Shown here one piece after another: positions 1 to 9,972 of a DNA stretch of 64,000 bases; within the stretch, counting starts at the first letter, position 1, and each line of letters opens with the position of its first letter. This DNA is from a virus: IMG/VR virus record IMGVR_UViG_3300020000_000010, positions 33,601 through 97,600 of that record. One strand, 5' to 3'. The translations under genes and the position numbers were made by a program. The notes beneath the pieces were generated by a model. That model ran no database searches. It worked only from the letters and a program-made list of their open reading frames with translations, and was not told the origin of the DNA.

Positions 1-1
1 T

Positions 2-3000
2 TCTAGATATAAAGTAATGAAGTTAGAAGATAGATCTGAGTTAGAAAAACTAGATTTTGAATCTAATGAAAGTTATAATGAGGCTTTAGAACTATATACT
101 AAAGAATTAGAGGATATTAAAGATAAAATAGTTTTACAAACTATGGAATACTTTGGTTATCCTTTAAATCATAAAGACTATCAAAAATATATAGATAATC
201 CTAAAAAAGGGGAATTAAATAAGTTAGTTATTGATAATGAGATACTTGAAGCAAGATTAGGATTATTAACTAATTCTCATATTCAGAAAGAGATAGCACA
301 TGAAAAAACAAGTACTGATCCTTTTTCAGAAGAAGCAGACTTTATAGATGGTATTAAACCTATTCAGGAGGGCTTAAATGTTAAATATAGGAGTACTTCA
401 GACTTAGTTGGTAAGTTTATAGCTTTCTTAAAAAATGCTGCTGGAAAGAAAGGAATTGGGCCTGTTGCTAATTCTTTACAATTATTTACTTTATTATCTA
501 AAGCTAAAGCAAGATTAAATACTGATGCTTATAAACTAACAATAACTAGTAAAGATGATACAGTATATACTACTCAAAAGTTTAGAAACCTAAATACAGC
601 AGGAGAGAGAATAGTAGGTTTATTAGGAAGTCTATTAAATACAATGACTGATAATGCTAAAGATCCTATAGCAGGTAGAATGAATTTAAAGTTAAACCTT
701 TTAAATACTTATTCTATGCTATTAATGCAAGGATTAAGTAAAAGAAATTCTACTTTAATATTAAATGCTCCTATTATACAAGAGTATTCTAAAAAGAAAG
801 AAACTGCTACTTTTGGAGTTAAAACAGCTTTTGAGGCTAGTGAGAAATCTTGGCAAATTAAAAATAGTTTATATTCTAAATATTTAGGTAAAGAACTTAC
901 GGAAGAAGAAATAGAAGCAGAATTTAAAGATGTTACTTTTAATGCTAACCAAATAGAAGAACTTATTAAAGGAAATCTATCTAAAGAAGAATCAGATCTA
1001 TTAAATGCTCAACTATTTTATGCTTGGTTAAAGATTGAAGATCAAGCAGATACTTTATCTAATGTTAACTTTTTATTAAAATCTAATAAAGGTCTGCCTT
1101 CTAGCTTCAATGAATTAGAAAATGGTTTTAGTGAAGCTATAGGAGAATTAGGATTATCTGAATTAATAGGTTATCCTACTAAATTTGAGAATAAATCTCC
1201 TATAGATATGGTAGATATTATAAAAGGAGATAAACATACTTTAACTAATATGAAAATTATTAAGAAAGTATTAGAAGAAGCTCCTAATTTATTTATATCT
1301 CAATCTAAGGGTTTTAAAGAAGAATTTAATAAATTACTTACAAACCTTAAACCAGGTTCTATTCTTAAATCAGAAGTAAAGAAATCAATAGAAAGAGACT
1401 TCTTAGGATTCTTATCTACTAGAGCTTATAGAAATAAAATTAAAGAGATTATAGATAGTAAAGATACTAACGAAAATATGAAAGCTAGATTTACTAGAAA
1501 ACTAGCTAGTTTAAATGATTCTTTAGTTTTTCCTGAGTTAGATTCTACTAAACAAACATTGGCTAGAAGACTTTCAGAACTTAAAGGTTCTAATAATGAA
1601 TCTATTAGAACAAATGCTGCTATTAGACATCTTAATTATGAGTTTAAGTTTAGTAAGACTCCTGAAGGAATATTAGTTGAAAATAAAGATAATAAAAAGA
1701 AAAGAGATATAGTTACTACTAGAACTTGGGCTAAACCTTCTAAGACTTTAGTTAATGATATTATAGATGGTTTTAAACAATTATATTTAGTTCCAGAAAC
1801 TCATGATTTTGCTGTAGATATGTTTAACTATCTTATGGTTACTGATAATATGAGTTTTAGGTCTGGTAGTTTTGTTAAGTTTCTAGCCCCTTTTATGTTT
1901 AAAGAATTATCTGGAGGATTAGAAAGTCTTACTCAAGAATTGGCTAAAGAGAAACCTGATTATAAGAAAGTATTAGGAGAAGATATAAAACCTTTAGCTA
2001 AAGAGTTTAGGGAGATTTTTAATAGATATAAACCTAATTCTGATAAATTAATATATATAAATCCTAAAACAGTAACTAATATTATTAAAGAAGATAAATT
2101 AGTTTTTACTGAAATAAAGGATTCTGAAAAAGAATATTTAGGAAAGGTGTTAAAACAAGTAAAAGATAGTAAAGCTTTACAGTTTCCTGAATATATTAAA
2201 TATGGTAAAGAATATTATAAATTAGATCAATCTTTGAATGAAGAAGGAGAAAATACCATAGGTTATAGTTCTACTTATACTAAGACTTTTCCTTTTGGTT
2301 ATAGAGGATTAAGCCCTTATTATCAGAGTTTAGAGAATAATTTGAATACTTATGAGAGGACTTTTGGTAAAACTGAAGGTAAGAGTAAGGTAGATGAAAT
2401 TAAACTCCCTATAACTAATAAAATATTATTTGAAGAAGAACAGTCTTCAGGATATAGAGAAAGAACTATAAAAAATGCTTCAGCAGATGCTACTATTGCA
2501 TTGGCAGTAGATTTTAACAGTGCTGGAGAAAAATTAACAAAGTCTTCTGTAAAAGGACAAGATAAAAAATATATTCCTATAGACGCTAGTAGTTTGGAAA
2601 TAACTCAAGAAAGAGTAGGTAAAATTGTTGAATCTTTAAATTCTGTAAATGCTAAGTCTTTAAATATTGCAGGAAATGGTATATATACTATGAAAGGTAA
2701 ATATACTCAAGAAGAAGTTGACAAATTTACTTATGATTTATTAAAAGAGGTATTAGAGTCTTCTAATTTAAAGAATAAAATAGAATCTATAAGAACAGGA
2801 GGACAAACAGGATTTGATGAAGCTGGAGCTAAAGCAGGTATAAAATTAGGAATAAAGACTTTGGTTCTTGCTCCTAAAGGATGGAAATTTAGAAATGTAG
2901 AAGGAATTGATATTTCTAGTGAAGAACTGTTTAAAGAAAGATTTGAAGAAAATAATAATGATATAACACAATCAGATGTAGATAATCTACCTGATGTAAC

Positions 3001-3013
3001 AGAACCTTGTTAA
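2..3013 (+). CDS. Virion-associated RNA polymerase, C-terminal part (5'-truncated), ending in a SLOG/MoCo-carrier-like domain
   Basis: Frame is open upstream of the ATG at 17 to the window edge. Motifs GKKGIGPVANS and MTDNAKDPIAGRMNL resemble the crAss-like vRNAP region that follows the DxDxD motif, which is not in the window. The C-terminus has YRERT..N..ADAT, LNIAGN and TGGQTGFDEAG. Confidence 0.7.
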   Translation, partial: SRYKVMKLEDRSELEKLDFESNESYNEALELYTKELEDIKDKIVLQTMEYFGYPLNHKDYQKYIDNPKKGELNKLVIDNEILEARLGLLTNSHIQKEIAHEKTSTDPFSEEADFIDGIKPIQEGLNVKYRSTSDLVGKFIAFLKNAAGKKGIGPVANSLQLFTLLSKAKARLNTDAYKLTITSKDDTVYTTQKFRNLNTAGERIVGLLGSLLNTMTDNAKDPIAGRMNLKLNLLNTYSMLLMQGLSKRNSTLILNAPIIQEYSKKKETATFGVKTAFEASEKSWQIKNSLYSKYLGKELTEEEIEAEFKDVTFNANQIEELIKGNLSKEESDLLNAQLFYAWLKIEDQADTLSNVNFLLKSNKGLPSSFNELENGFSEAIGELGLSELIGYPTKFENKSPIDMVDIIKGDKHTLTNMKIIKKVLEEAPNLFISQSKGFKEEFNKLLTNLKPGSILKSEVKKSIERDFLGFLSTRAYRNKIKEIIDSKDTNENMKARFTRKLASLNDSLVFPELDSTKQTLARRLSELKGSNNESIRTNAAIRHLNYEFKFSKTPEGILVENKDNKKKRDIVTTRTWAKPSKTLVNDIIDGFKQLYLVPETHDFAVDMFNYLMVTDNMSFRSGSFVKFLAPFMFKELSGGLESLTQELAKEKPDYKKVLGEDIKPLAKEFREIFNRYKPNSDKLIYINPKTVTNIIKEDKLVFTEIKDSEKEYLGKVLKQVKDSKALQFPEYIKYGKEYYKLDQSLNEEGENTIGYSSTYTKTFPFGYRGLSPYYQSLENNLNTYERTFGKTEGKSKVDEIKLPITNKILFEEEQSSGYRERTIKNASADATIALAVDFNSAGEKLTKSSVKGQDKKYIPIDASSLEITQERVGKIVESLNSVNAKSLNIAGNGIYTMKGKYTQEEVDKFTYDLLKEVLESSNLKNKIESIRTGGQTGFDEAGAKAGIKLGIKTLVLAPKGWKFRNVEGIDISSEELFKERFEENNNDITQSDVDNLPDVTEPC

Positions 3014-3014
3014 T

Positions 3015-5822
3015 ATGGCAGATAAAAGTAAATGTAGAGTAAAGTATAAAAAGAATATTGACGAAGATATTAAGAAATCTATAGTTAAAAATGCTACTTC
3101 GTATAAAGTTGAAGAAGATAAAATTACTATACCTATTGGGGAAAATATAAAAACATTAGAGGCTACTAAATCTGTTGCTCAAAAACTTTCAGAAGAAGTT
3201 AATAATAAATATAATGCTGAAAAATATGGAGAAGTTACCTCTATAGAACCACATGAAGAAGGAACAGATATTAATATTCATATTCCAGATCTTCTATTAG
3301 ATGCTTATGAAGTTAAGTTTAATGAAAGAACTTTACAAGAACTAAGAGAAGCTAGAGAATCTAGTCCTTATAAGAAACAATATGTGTTCTTTACTAGGAG
3401 GTTAAAAGCATTAGAAAAAGATCTAAATAAATTGGATAAAGAATCTATAGAATATGAACAAAAATCTGTAGAAATAGATAATCTTTTAACCCAATTTGAA
3501 AGTGCTGTAGAATCTCAAGAACATGAACAATTTAGAGTTCTAGGAGCAGAAACATTAGATAGAGTAGAAGATTATATAACTAGAGTAGAAAAAGGAGAAC
3601 TTAAACTAACAAGTAAGAGTCTTGAATATTCTGAAGATGTAGCAGATACTTTTTCTGATTTTGAAGATTTATCAGATAGAGTTATTAAACTAAGAAAGAG
3701 ATTATATCCTTATATTAAAGAATTTACCTTAGATAGGATTAATAAATATAAAACAGAGAAAGAGGAGATTACTCAAGAAAAGGTAGATAATCAGAATAAA
3801 GATATAAATACTTTTACTAAAGGAACGGGTACTTTATCTGATTTAGCAAATTATATAGGAAGAACAATAGGACAGATTATTAAAGCTGCTCAAAATAGAG
3901 TTTCTACTAAAAATAAAAAGTTAACAGAAAAGATACAAAAAGAGATAGATCTTCTTTATGAGTATTCTAAGAAGAATAATATTCCTATACAGAATATGTA
4001 TGATATATTTATTCAAGAACATAAAGATACTTTGGTATTAACTAAACCTTTTTTAGATAAAGAAACAGAGAATCCTAATTATAAGAAAATTATAGAAACT
4101 CCTGAATTAAAGAGATTCTATAAATTCTACCAAGATACTATAGAAGAACATGAAAAATCTTTACCTATAAAAATGGGTAGATTCTTTATACCCAATATAA
4201 AGAAAAAGACTACTTTTGGTGTTATTAAATCTCTTATTCCTGTTAAAACTAATAAAGAAGGACAATTTGTGGGAGATGAAAATTTAATGGCTGATATATT
4301 AAATACTCAATATATCAAAAAGATTCCTTCAGATCAAAAATCAAGAGATTTAGGAGCTTCTTTATTACAGTTTGGAGCTTTTGCTAATAACTACGAAGAT
4401 ATGAGCAATATACTTCCTGAAACAAGATTATTACAGAAACAGTTAGAATATAAATATAATTCTGATGGTAAGCAAGTAGAAAGAACTTTTGTTAAATCAG
4501 CTGATCCTAGTAAAAGAGTTAATGGAAAAGAAAGTAATATATATAAGATGGTTGAAGGCTTTATAGAGATGCAGGTCAAAAATAATATGAAGCTTACGGA
4601 AGGTAAAATAAAAGTTGGAAATTTATATGATGAGGAGGGGAATCCTATAGGTGAAAAGTATATAAATGCATCAGATATTGCAGATACTGCCTTAAAATGG
4701 AACTCTTTATTAAGAATTGGATTTTCTCCAATTACAGCATTAAGCAACTGGTTATTTGGAGATGTGTCAAATATAATAGAAGCTGTAGGAGGAAGATTCT
4801 TTAATATAACACAATTACAACAAGCAACTAATATATTTTTTAATCAAAATTTTAATAAAGATTCTACCCTATATAAATGGTTAGAAAAACTTAATCCTTT
4901 AATGGAACTTGAAGATTTTGACCAAGTAGAAAAAGTTAAGTTAAAAACTTTAGAAAATAAAATGTCTCTTGAGAAATTTAAAGAATATTCTTATAGCATG
5001 CAAAAGAGTGGTGAAAAATTCTTACAATCAAGAACTATGCTTGCTGTATTAATAAAAGAAGGATATATTACGCCTAAAGGAGAAACTACTAAAGAAGGAG
5101 ATAATCTATCACAGAAAGAAATAGAGTTGTTAGCGGATAAAATTCAGAGGTTAAACCAAAGTATTCATGGTAGATATTCTAGCCGAGAATCAGCAGTTTT
5201 ACAACAATATACTTTATATAGACTTGTGTCACAATTTCGTAAATGGGTTCCAAGTGCTTTAGAATCAAGGTTTTCCAGTAAACATTTTGACGTGAGATTA
5301 GGTACAGAAATAGAGGGTAGATATGTTACTATGAAAAATCTTATAGTTAATTTATCTGATACTAGAAAAAGACTTTCTGAAGGTAAATTAACAGAATTAG
5401 AAATATATAATCTTAGGAAAACATTAACTGAAATTATATTAATGAGTGCTACATTCTTCTTATATGCTGGAATAAAAGGTTGGGATGATGATGAGAAAAA
5501 GAAAAGACTTAAAAATCCTTATGTTAAAGCAGGACTCTCATTACTAGGAAGAGTTAGTGGAGATATTGAATTCTTTTATAGTCCGGGAGAAGTAGTTAAA
5601 ATAACTTCTAATGCTATCCCTTTATCTAAAACAGTAGGTGATTTATTACAAGCTATTAAGTATTTGCCTGGAGCTTTAGGAGAAAAAGCATACTATAAAA
5701 CAGGAAGTAATAAAGGAAAACATAAATTTATTCATAAACTAGGAAGTGTAGTTCCTTTGGTAAAACCAGTACAAGATATTTTTAGAATAACCTCTGATAA
5801 TATACTTGAAGAACAACGCTAA
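3015..5822 (+). CDS. Large virion/ejection (cargo) protein
   Basis: 935 aa, largely helical, directly downstream of the vRNAP as in crAss-like gene order, with a hydrophobic segment near the C-terminus. Confidence 0.55.
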   Translation: MADKSKCRVKYKKNIDEDIKKSIVKNATSYKVEEDKITIPIGENIKTLEATKSVAQKLSEEVNNKYNAEKYGEVTSIEPHEEGTDINIHIPDLLLDAYEVKFNERTLQELREARESSPYKKQYVFFTRRLKALEKDLNKLDKESIEYEQKSVEIDNLLTQFESAVESQEHEQFRVLGAETLDRVEDYITRVEKGELKLTSKSLEYSEDVADTFSDFEDLSDRVIKLRKRLYPYIKEFTLDRINKYKTEKEEITQEKVDNQNKDINTFTKGTGTLSDLANYIGRTIGQIIKAAQNRVSTKNKKLTEKIQKEIDLLYEYSKKNNIPIQNMYDIFIQEHKDTLVLTKPFLDKETENPNYKKIIETPELKRFYKFYQDTIEEHEKSLPIKMGRFFIPNIKKKTTFGVIKSLIPVKTNKEGQFVGDENLMADILNTQYIKKIPSDQKSRDLGASLLQFGAFANNYEDMSNILPETRLLQKQLEYKYNSDGKQVERTFVKSADPSKRVNGKESNIYKMVEGFIEMQVKNNMKLTEGKIKVGNLYDEEGNPIGEKYINASDIADTALKWNSLLRIGFSPITALSNWLFGDVSNIIEAVGGRFFNITQLQQATNIFFNQNFNKDSTLYKWLEKLNPLMELEDFDQVEKVKLKTLENKMSLEKFKEYSYSMQKSGEKFLQSRTMLAVLIKEGYITPKGETTKEGDNLSQKEIELLADKIQRLNQSIHGRYSSRESAVLQQYTLYRLVSQFRKWVPSALESRFSSKHFDVRLGTEIEGRYVTMKNLIVNLSDTRKRLSEGKLTELEIYNLRKTLTEIILMSATFFLYAGIKGWDDDEKKKRLKNPYVKAGLSLLGRVSGDIEFFYSPGEVVKITSNAIPLSKTVGDLLQAIKYLPGALGEKAYYKTGSNKGKHKFIHKLGSVVPLVKPVQDIFRITSDNILEEQR

Positions 5823-5839
5823 TCCAAAGAAATAAAAAG

Positions 5840-5874
5840 TTATGAAAGGAGGATTTTTAGTTCTCCTTTCATAA
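5840..5874. terminator. Hairpin terminator between convergent blocks
   Basis: Perfect 12-bp inverted repeat TTATGAAAGGAG...CTCCTTTCATAA between the converging stops at 5822 and 5879. Confidence 0.8.
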
Positions 5875-5878
5875 ATCT

Positions 5879-7366
5879 CTAAATAATTTTCTTCAATCTT
5901 TCTCTAATTTCACTTAAAGAAGTTTGGTTATAAAATTTACCATCTTCAAAGATTGTTTGTAACAATCCCCCAGATTCTTCTTCTTGAGTACATTCTTGTT
6001 TTACATAGATCTGTTTTTTATCTTCAGATATATTAACCGCTAGTAATCCTTTTAACGATTTCTTAGTACCATCATCTGTTATAGGATCTTTATAAATATT
6101 AATTCCTTTACCATTATTTTCAAACCAAGCCCCTTTAGCCGCAAAACCAAAAGTATCTCTAGTATTATATTGATAAGTAAAAGAACCTACTCCTAATACA
6201 ATATTAGTAGCAGCAAAACCTTTAGTTGCTAATCTTTCATAGATTTGTACTTGTCTTTCTGTAGTAATAGAATCACCATAGATAGCTCCAATATGTGGAT
6301 CAAGAACTTTATATCCTTGCTCATTTACAGTTCCACCAAAAATATCCCAAAGAAGTTCTATTACTCCTTTAACTTCAGAGGTTCTTGGATTATCTAAATT
6401 ATGTGGAGAATCTGTACCACAAATAATATCTACAGGATCTCCAGAATCAGGTCTGATTACCAATTTACCATCTCTGGCTAAGATAAGTTTCTTAACTTTA
6501 GGATCAGCAATATACTCAGTAAGCAATTTCCATAGATCAAAAGTATCTGCTACAATTGAAAGAATTCCTTTTGGAAATTCTATTAACCAATCAATAATCA
6601 TTTGCTTTTCTCCAACTGTAAAAATTTTAGTTGTAGAAACAGAATGTTCAGAAGCATTTACTGAGTAAATACAAACTTTATCTTTTGGTTCATTATAAAA
6701 ATATCTTGCTCCTGGAATAACAATTAAAGTATCAGATCCACTATGGCTTGTAGCATGACCTAAACCACTAGATAACATATCCCAAGGAGATAGTCCTCTA
6801 GCAGAAAAATCATGGCACATATAATCAACTAACCAAAGATTAGCAGGATCTGTTTTCATTACCCACTCTATAGCATTTCTTTTATATTTTAAAGCTATAG
6901 TGGCAGAAGTACTTGGTTTCCATGCTAAACTACTAATTATTGTTTCAAGATATAAAGTTAACCATGCAAATCCATCAACGGTATTAATGAAAGTCATATG
7001 AGGAATATTAGGATCTGTTTCAATACCTTCAGGAAGAGCCTTAATTCTTATTGGCAAATATCCTAATGAATGTAAAGTATCAAAGTGTTTAGCATCATAA
7101 TCCATCATAAGATACATACTCATATCTTTTCCAAATTGTTGAGCTTCTTCTAAAGGTAATTTAAAGAAATTTTCTTCAAATTCATCCTTTAACCATATCA
7201 TAGTAAGTTGCTGACCACAAGAAACTATTTTAGTTACTCCTTTTGGAGCATATTTAGTACTTCTTGGAATCCAACTACCATATAGTTTAGTAGTTCCAGG
7301 AGCTAACATTTTTTTATGGCCCACTTTGTAACCATCAGTATAAAAAAGAGTGTTTGGTTTAAACAT
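5879..7366 (-). CDS. Nicotinamide phosphoribosyltransferase-family enzyme (Nampt/NadV-like, possibly Namat)
   Basis: TDGYKVGH, HDFSARG, ASEHS, SIVADTFD, VIRPDSGDP, IYGDSIT, GVGSFTYQYNTRDTFGFA, KDPITDDGTKKS. Confidence 0.92.
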   Translation of the reverse strand: MFKPNTLFYTDGYKVGHKKMLAPGTTKLYGSWIPRSTKYAPKGVTKIVSCGQQLTMIWLKDEFEENFFKLPLEEAQQFGKDMSMYLMMDYDAKHFDTLHSLGYLPIRIKALPEGIETDPNIPHMTFINTVDGFAWLTLYLETIISSLAWKPSTSATIALKYKRNAIEWVMKTDPANLWLVDYMCHDFSARGLSPWDMLSSGLGHATSHSGSDTLIVIPGARYFYNEPKDKVCIYSVNASEHSVSTTKIFTVGEKQMIIDWLIEFPKGILSIVADTFDLWKLLTEYIADPKVKKLILARDGKLVIRPDSGDPVDIICGTDSPHNLDNPRTSEVKGVIELLWDIFGGTVNEQGYKVLDPHIGAIYGDSITTERQVQIYERLATKGFAATNIVLGVGSFTYQYNTRDTFGFAAKGAWFENNGKGINIYKDPITDDGTKKSLKGLLAVNISEDKKQIYVKQECTQEEESGGLLQTIFEDGKFYNQTSLSEIRERLKKII

Positions 7367-7383
7367 ATTAATATTTTTTAATT

Positions 7384-7812
7384 TTAAGCAACATCTGCTA
7401 AGTTTTTATTTTCTTGTAAATAAGCTCTATATTTATACATACTTGTTTCAAGTATTGTACAAGCTTCATTTAATCCTCCTCTATCGTCTAAGAAGATATT
7501 TGCATAAATTTTTCCATTCTTCCCATAAGGAACATCTATAGGATTAATATTTATAGCATCTATTGGAAGTCTTAATTTTTCACAATATTCTTGTATTTCA
7601 GGATATCTTTCCTGATTACAGGCAGTAAATATTACAATATAAGCTCCTGTTTCTCTTGCTATTTTAATAAGATTAATAGTCCTATCTAATTCTTCTAAAT
7701 CTTGTTTGCTTTTAAATTTCCACGGAGAAATTGTATCATCAAAATCTACAGCAACTATAATTTTACCATGTAATTGCCATTCTTGGAATAATCTATCTAT
7801 ATATTTATTCAT
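7384..7812 (-). CDS. Small HAD-superfamily phosphohydrolase
   Basis: IIVAVDFDDTI (motif I), IFTA (II), KIYANIFLDDR (III/IV). Confidence 0.85.
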   Translation of the reverse strand: MNKYIDRLFQEWQLHGKIIVAVDFDDTISPWKFKSKQDLEELDRTINLIKIARETGAYIVIFTACNQERYPEIQEYCEKLRLPIDAININPIDVPYGKNGKIYANIFLDDRGGLNEACTILETSMYKYRAYLQENKNLADVA

Positions 7813-8703
7813 TTAAAATATGTTTAATTGTTTTAATATTTTTGATCCTATAGAAATACCATCATATTCATTATATTTTGGAATATCATTATAACTATTT
7901 GTACAATAAATACCATCAAAATATTTGGATAATTCTTCATAACCCTTACTAAAAATACCATGAGTTACTATAAGATAGATTTTAGGACAACTGTTTCCAA
8001 TATAATGATCTTTTATCTCCTTTGCTATATTAATAAAGGTAGCACCACCATCACAAATATCATCTATTATAATAAGATCTTTATTTCCTAAATTGCTTAG
8101 AGGAACTACACATTTAGTTAATTTGCCATCTTTATCTCTTTCCTTAGAACAAATAATAATATCTCCTTCAAATTCAAAAGATTCAGCAACTTTATATATT
8201 TTCTTAGAAGCTCCTGCGTCAGGAGATATTAAAACCATTCTAGAATTACCTTCATTGGAATCATAATCATAAATTTCACTTAAAGCAAACTTAACTACTT
8301 CTTCATTAGATATTCTTAGAAAATTAGATTTAATACAAGCTTCTAATACATCTGAATGAGGGTCTAAACAAGTTATTGAATAAAAATTAAGACTATTTAA
8401 AATAGGACAAATAACATCTTTTAAATAGTTATTAGACCCTTCTTCAAACTTTCTATCACTCCTAGAACCTAATATATACGGAGAATATAAATTAATTCCC
8501 CTAACATTTAATCCTTTTAGTGATTTTACAGCACAAATTAATATTTCTAGATCAATAAAATTATTAATTCTTGTTTTAATTTCTATATATTCGTTTAAAA
8601 GAGTTTTATCTAAAATTGTTAATTGATTTTGACCATCTGGAAATTTAGAAATTTTATATTTAATATCTGATTTTTCTGGATAAACCAGATTTAATATTTT
8701 CAT
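7813..8703 (-). CDS. Ribose-phosphate pyrophosphokinase-family enzyme (Prs-like, possibly Adps)
   Basis: KFPDGQ, PYILGSRSDR, LDPHS, SPDAGASKK, IIDDICDGGATF, VTHGIFSKG. Confidence 0.92.
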   Translation of the reverse strand: MKILNLVYPEKSDIKYKISKFPDGQNQLTILDKTLLNEYIEIKTRINNFIDLEILICAVKSLKGLNVRGINLYSPYILGSRSDRKFEEGSNNYLKDVICPILNSLNFYSITCLDPHSDVLEACIKSNFLRISNEEVVKFALSEIYDYDSNEGNSRMVLISPDAGASKKIYKVAESFEFEGDIIICSKERDKDGKLTKCVVPLSNLGNKDLIIIDDICDGGATFINIAKEIKDHYIGNSCPKIYLIVTHGIFSKGYEELSKYFDGIYCTNSYNDIPKYNEYDGISIGSKILKQLNIF

Positions 8704-8704
8704 T

Positions 8705-9223
8705 TTATTTTAGTTCTAATTTTAATTGTTCTTTAAGGTAATTATATTCCTTACTTTTATGTCCTTTAACATATTCTTCTAATTCTTTTTGATTATTAAT
8801 TCCCAATAACTGAAATAAAGAATACCAATTATATTCTGAATTAAACATTTTATTTTCAATATCTTCTTCAAATATCTTAAAAATATCATTTTTATTAAAA
8901 GATATATAATAATTTAAAGTAGGTTTATAAATATCTGTACAATTTACAAACCAGGGAAATCTAGGAGAGCCTTCTACTTCTATATTTATTACTAATAATA
9001 AATGCATTAACTCTTTCTCTTCTACTTTATAATAAGTATTTATAAGTTCTAATAGATCATCAAAACTTCTATATTTCTTCTTAGGACATTGTTCTTCTGT
9101 ACATTCTTTATCTTTATAGGTTTCTATAGAATAAACAGTATCTCCTGTTTCAGAATAAGAGAATAACCTTTCTAGAAAGTCTTTAGGACTATCGGGTATT
9201 TCAAAATTAACGTATATTGCCAT
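8705..9223 (-). CDS. Hypothetical protein (paralog of 9914-10375)
   Basis: Tightly packed ORF sharing the SxKDF...TVY...EEQxPxxKxRSxxD...YY pattern with 9914-10375. Confidence 0.7.
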   Translation of the reverse strand: MAIYVNFEIPDSPKDFLERLFSYSETGDTVYSIETYKDKECTEEQCPKKKYRSFDDLLELINTYYKVEEKELMHLLLVINIEVEGSPRFPWFVNCTDIYKPTLNYYISFNKNDIFKIFEEDIENKMFNSEYNWYSLFQLLGINNQKELEEYVKGHKSKEYNYLKEQLKLELK

Positions 9224-9237
9224 ATTTTATATTATTT

Positions 9238-9492
9238 TTACCAATCACTACCTGCTCCTCCTCCACCAAAAGATCCTCCTCCAAATCCATCAAAATCACT
9301 ATTACTTGAGAAACCTGAGGAAGAACTGCTAGAAGAATCTGAATCAAATAAACTACTTATAGCAGATCCTACTGCTAATCCTATTCCAATATCTATTAAA
9401 TCATCAATAATATCTGAATCTTCACAGTTAGAACAAGTATCGTATTTACTAGATACTTTTCTTCCACATTTGTTGCATTTATATTTATTCAT
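9238..9492 (-). CDS. Small Zn-ribbon protein with Ser/Gly-rich tail
   Basis: CxxC...CxxC, a hydrophobic stretch, and C-terminal FGGGSFGGGGAGSDW. Confidence 0.75.
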   Translation of the reverse strand: MNKYKCNKCGRKVSSKYDTCSNCEDSDIIDDLIDIGIGLAVGSAISSLFDSDSSSSSSSGFSSNSDFDGFGGGSFGGGGAGSDW

Positions 9493-9679
9493 TTTTAACC
9501 TTTTTAATCATTTTTGTTCTAACTAGGGGAATAAAATTCTTTAGTTTAACTAATCCCAAACCCAAACCTATTTTTTCAATAACATATGTTCTACCACATA
9601 ATTCTCTTTCAATATCTAATTCATTATATTTATTCCAAGATTTTTTTGCAATTACTTTGTCTCCAATTTTTAAAATCAT
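9485..9679 (-). CDS. Hypothetical protein
   Basis: Start and stop overlap the neighbouring ORFs. Confidence 0.6.
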   Translation of the reverse strand: MILKIGDKVIAKKSWNKYNELDIERELCGRTYVIEKIGLGLGLVKLKNFIPLVRTKMIKKVKNE

Positions 9680-9972
9680 ATAATTTTTTGTAAATATTGT
9701 GCTAAATAATAACCTGTATAAGTACCCAAACTAGCACCTAAACAATAAGCTATTTTCTCTTTAAAACGACTAAAAGCAATCTTTTGAACATTGTTAGTCC
9801 AAGTATAAGCTACTCCAAAACTTGATAGTAGTAATAAGGATAGTTTTCCATTAAATAGGAATATCATATTACATGCTACTAAACAGGTTTGGATAAAAGC
9901 CATTAAAAAGAGTTTAAACAATTTCTTTATTTCTATATTGTCCAGGTTTTCTTCCAAATTCATCTTTTTCAT
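9676..9972 (-). CDS. Small membrane protein
   Basis: Three hydrophobic segments, with GASLGTYTG. Confidence 0.65.
   Translation of the reverse strand: MKKMNLEENLDNIEIKKLFKLFLMAFIQTCLVACNMIFLFNGKLSLLLLSSFGVAYTWTNNVQKIAFSRFKEKIAYCLGASLGTYTGYYLAQYLQKII

Noticed and set aside
5879-8703. NARP2 or classical NadV+NadM salvage
   Set aside because: No HxGH nucleotidyltransferase was found in the window. It cannot be excluded elsewhere in the genome.
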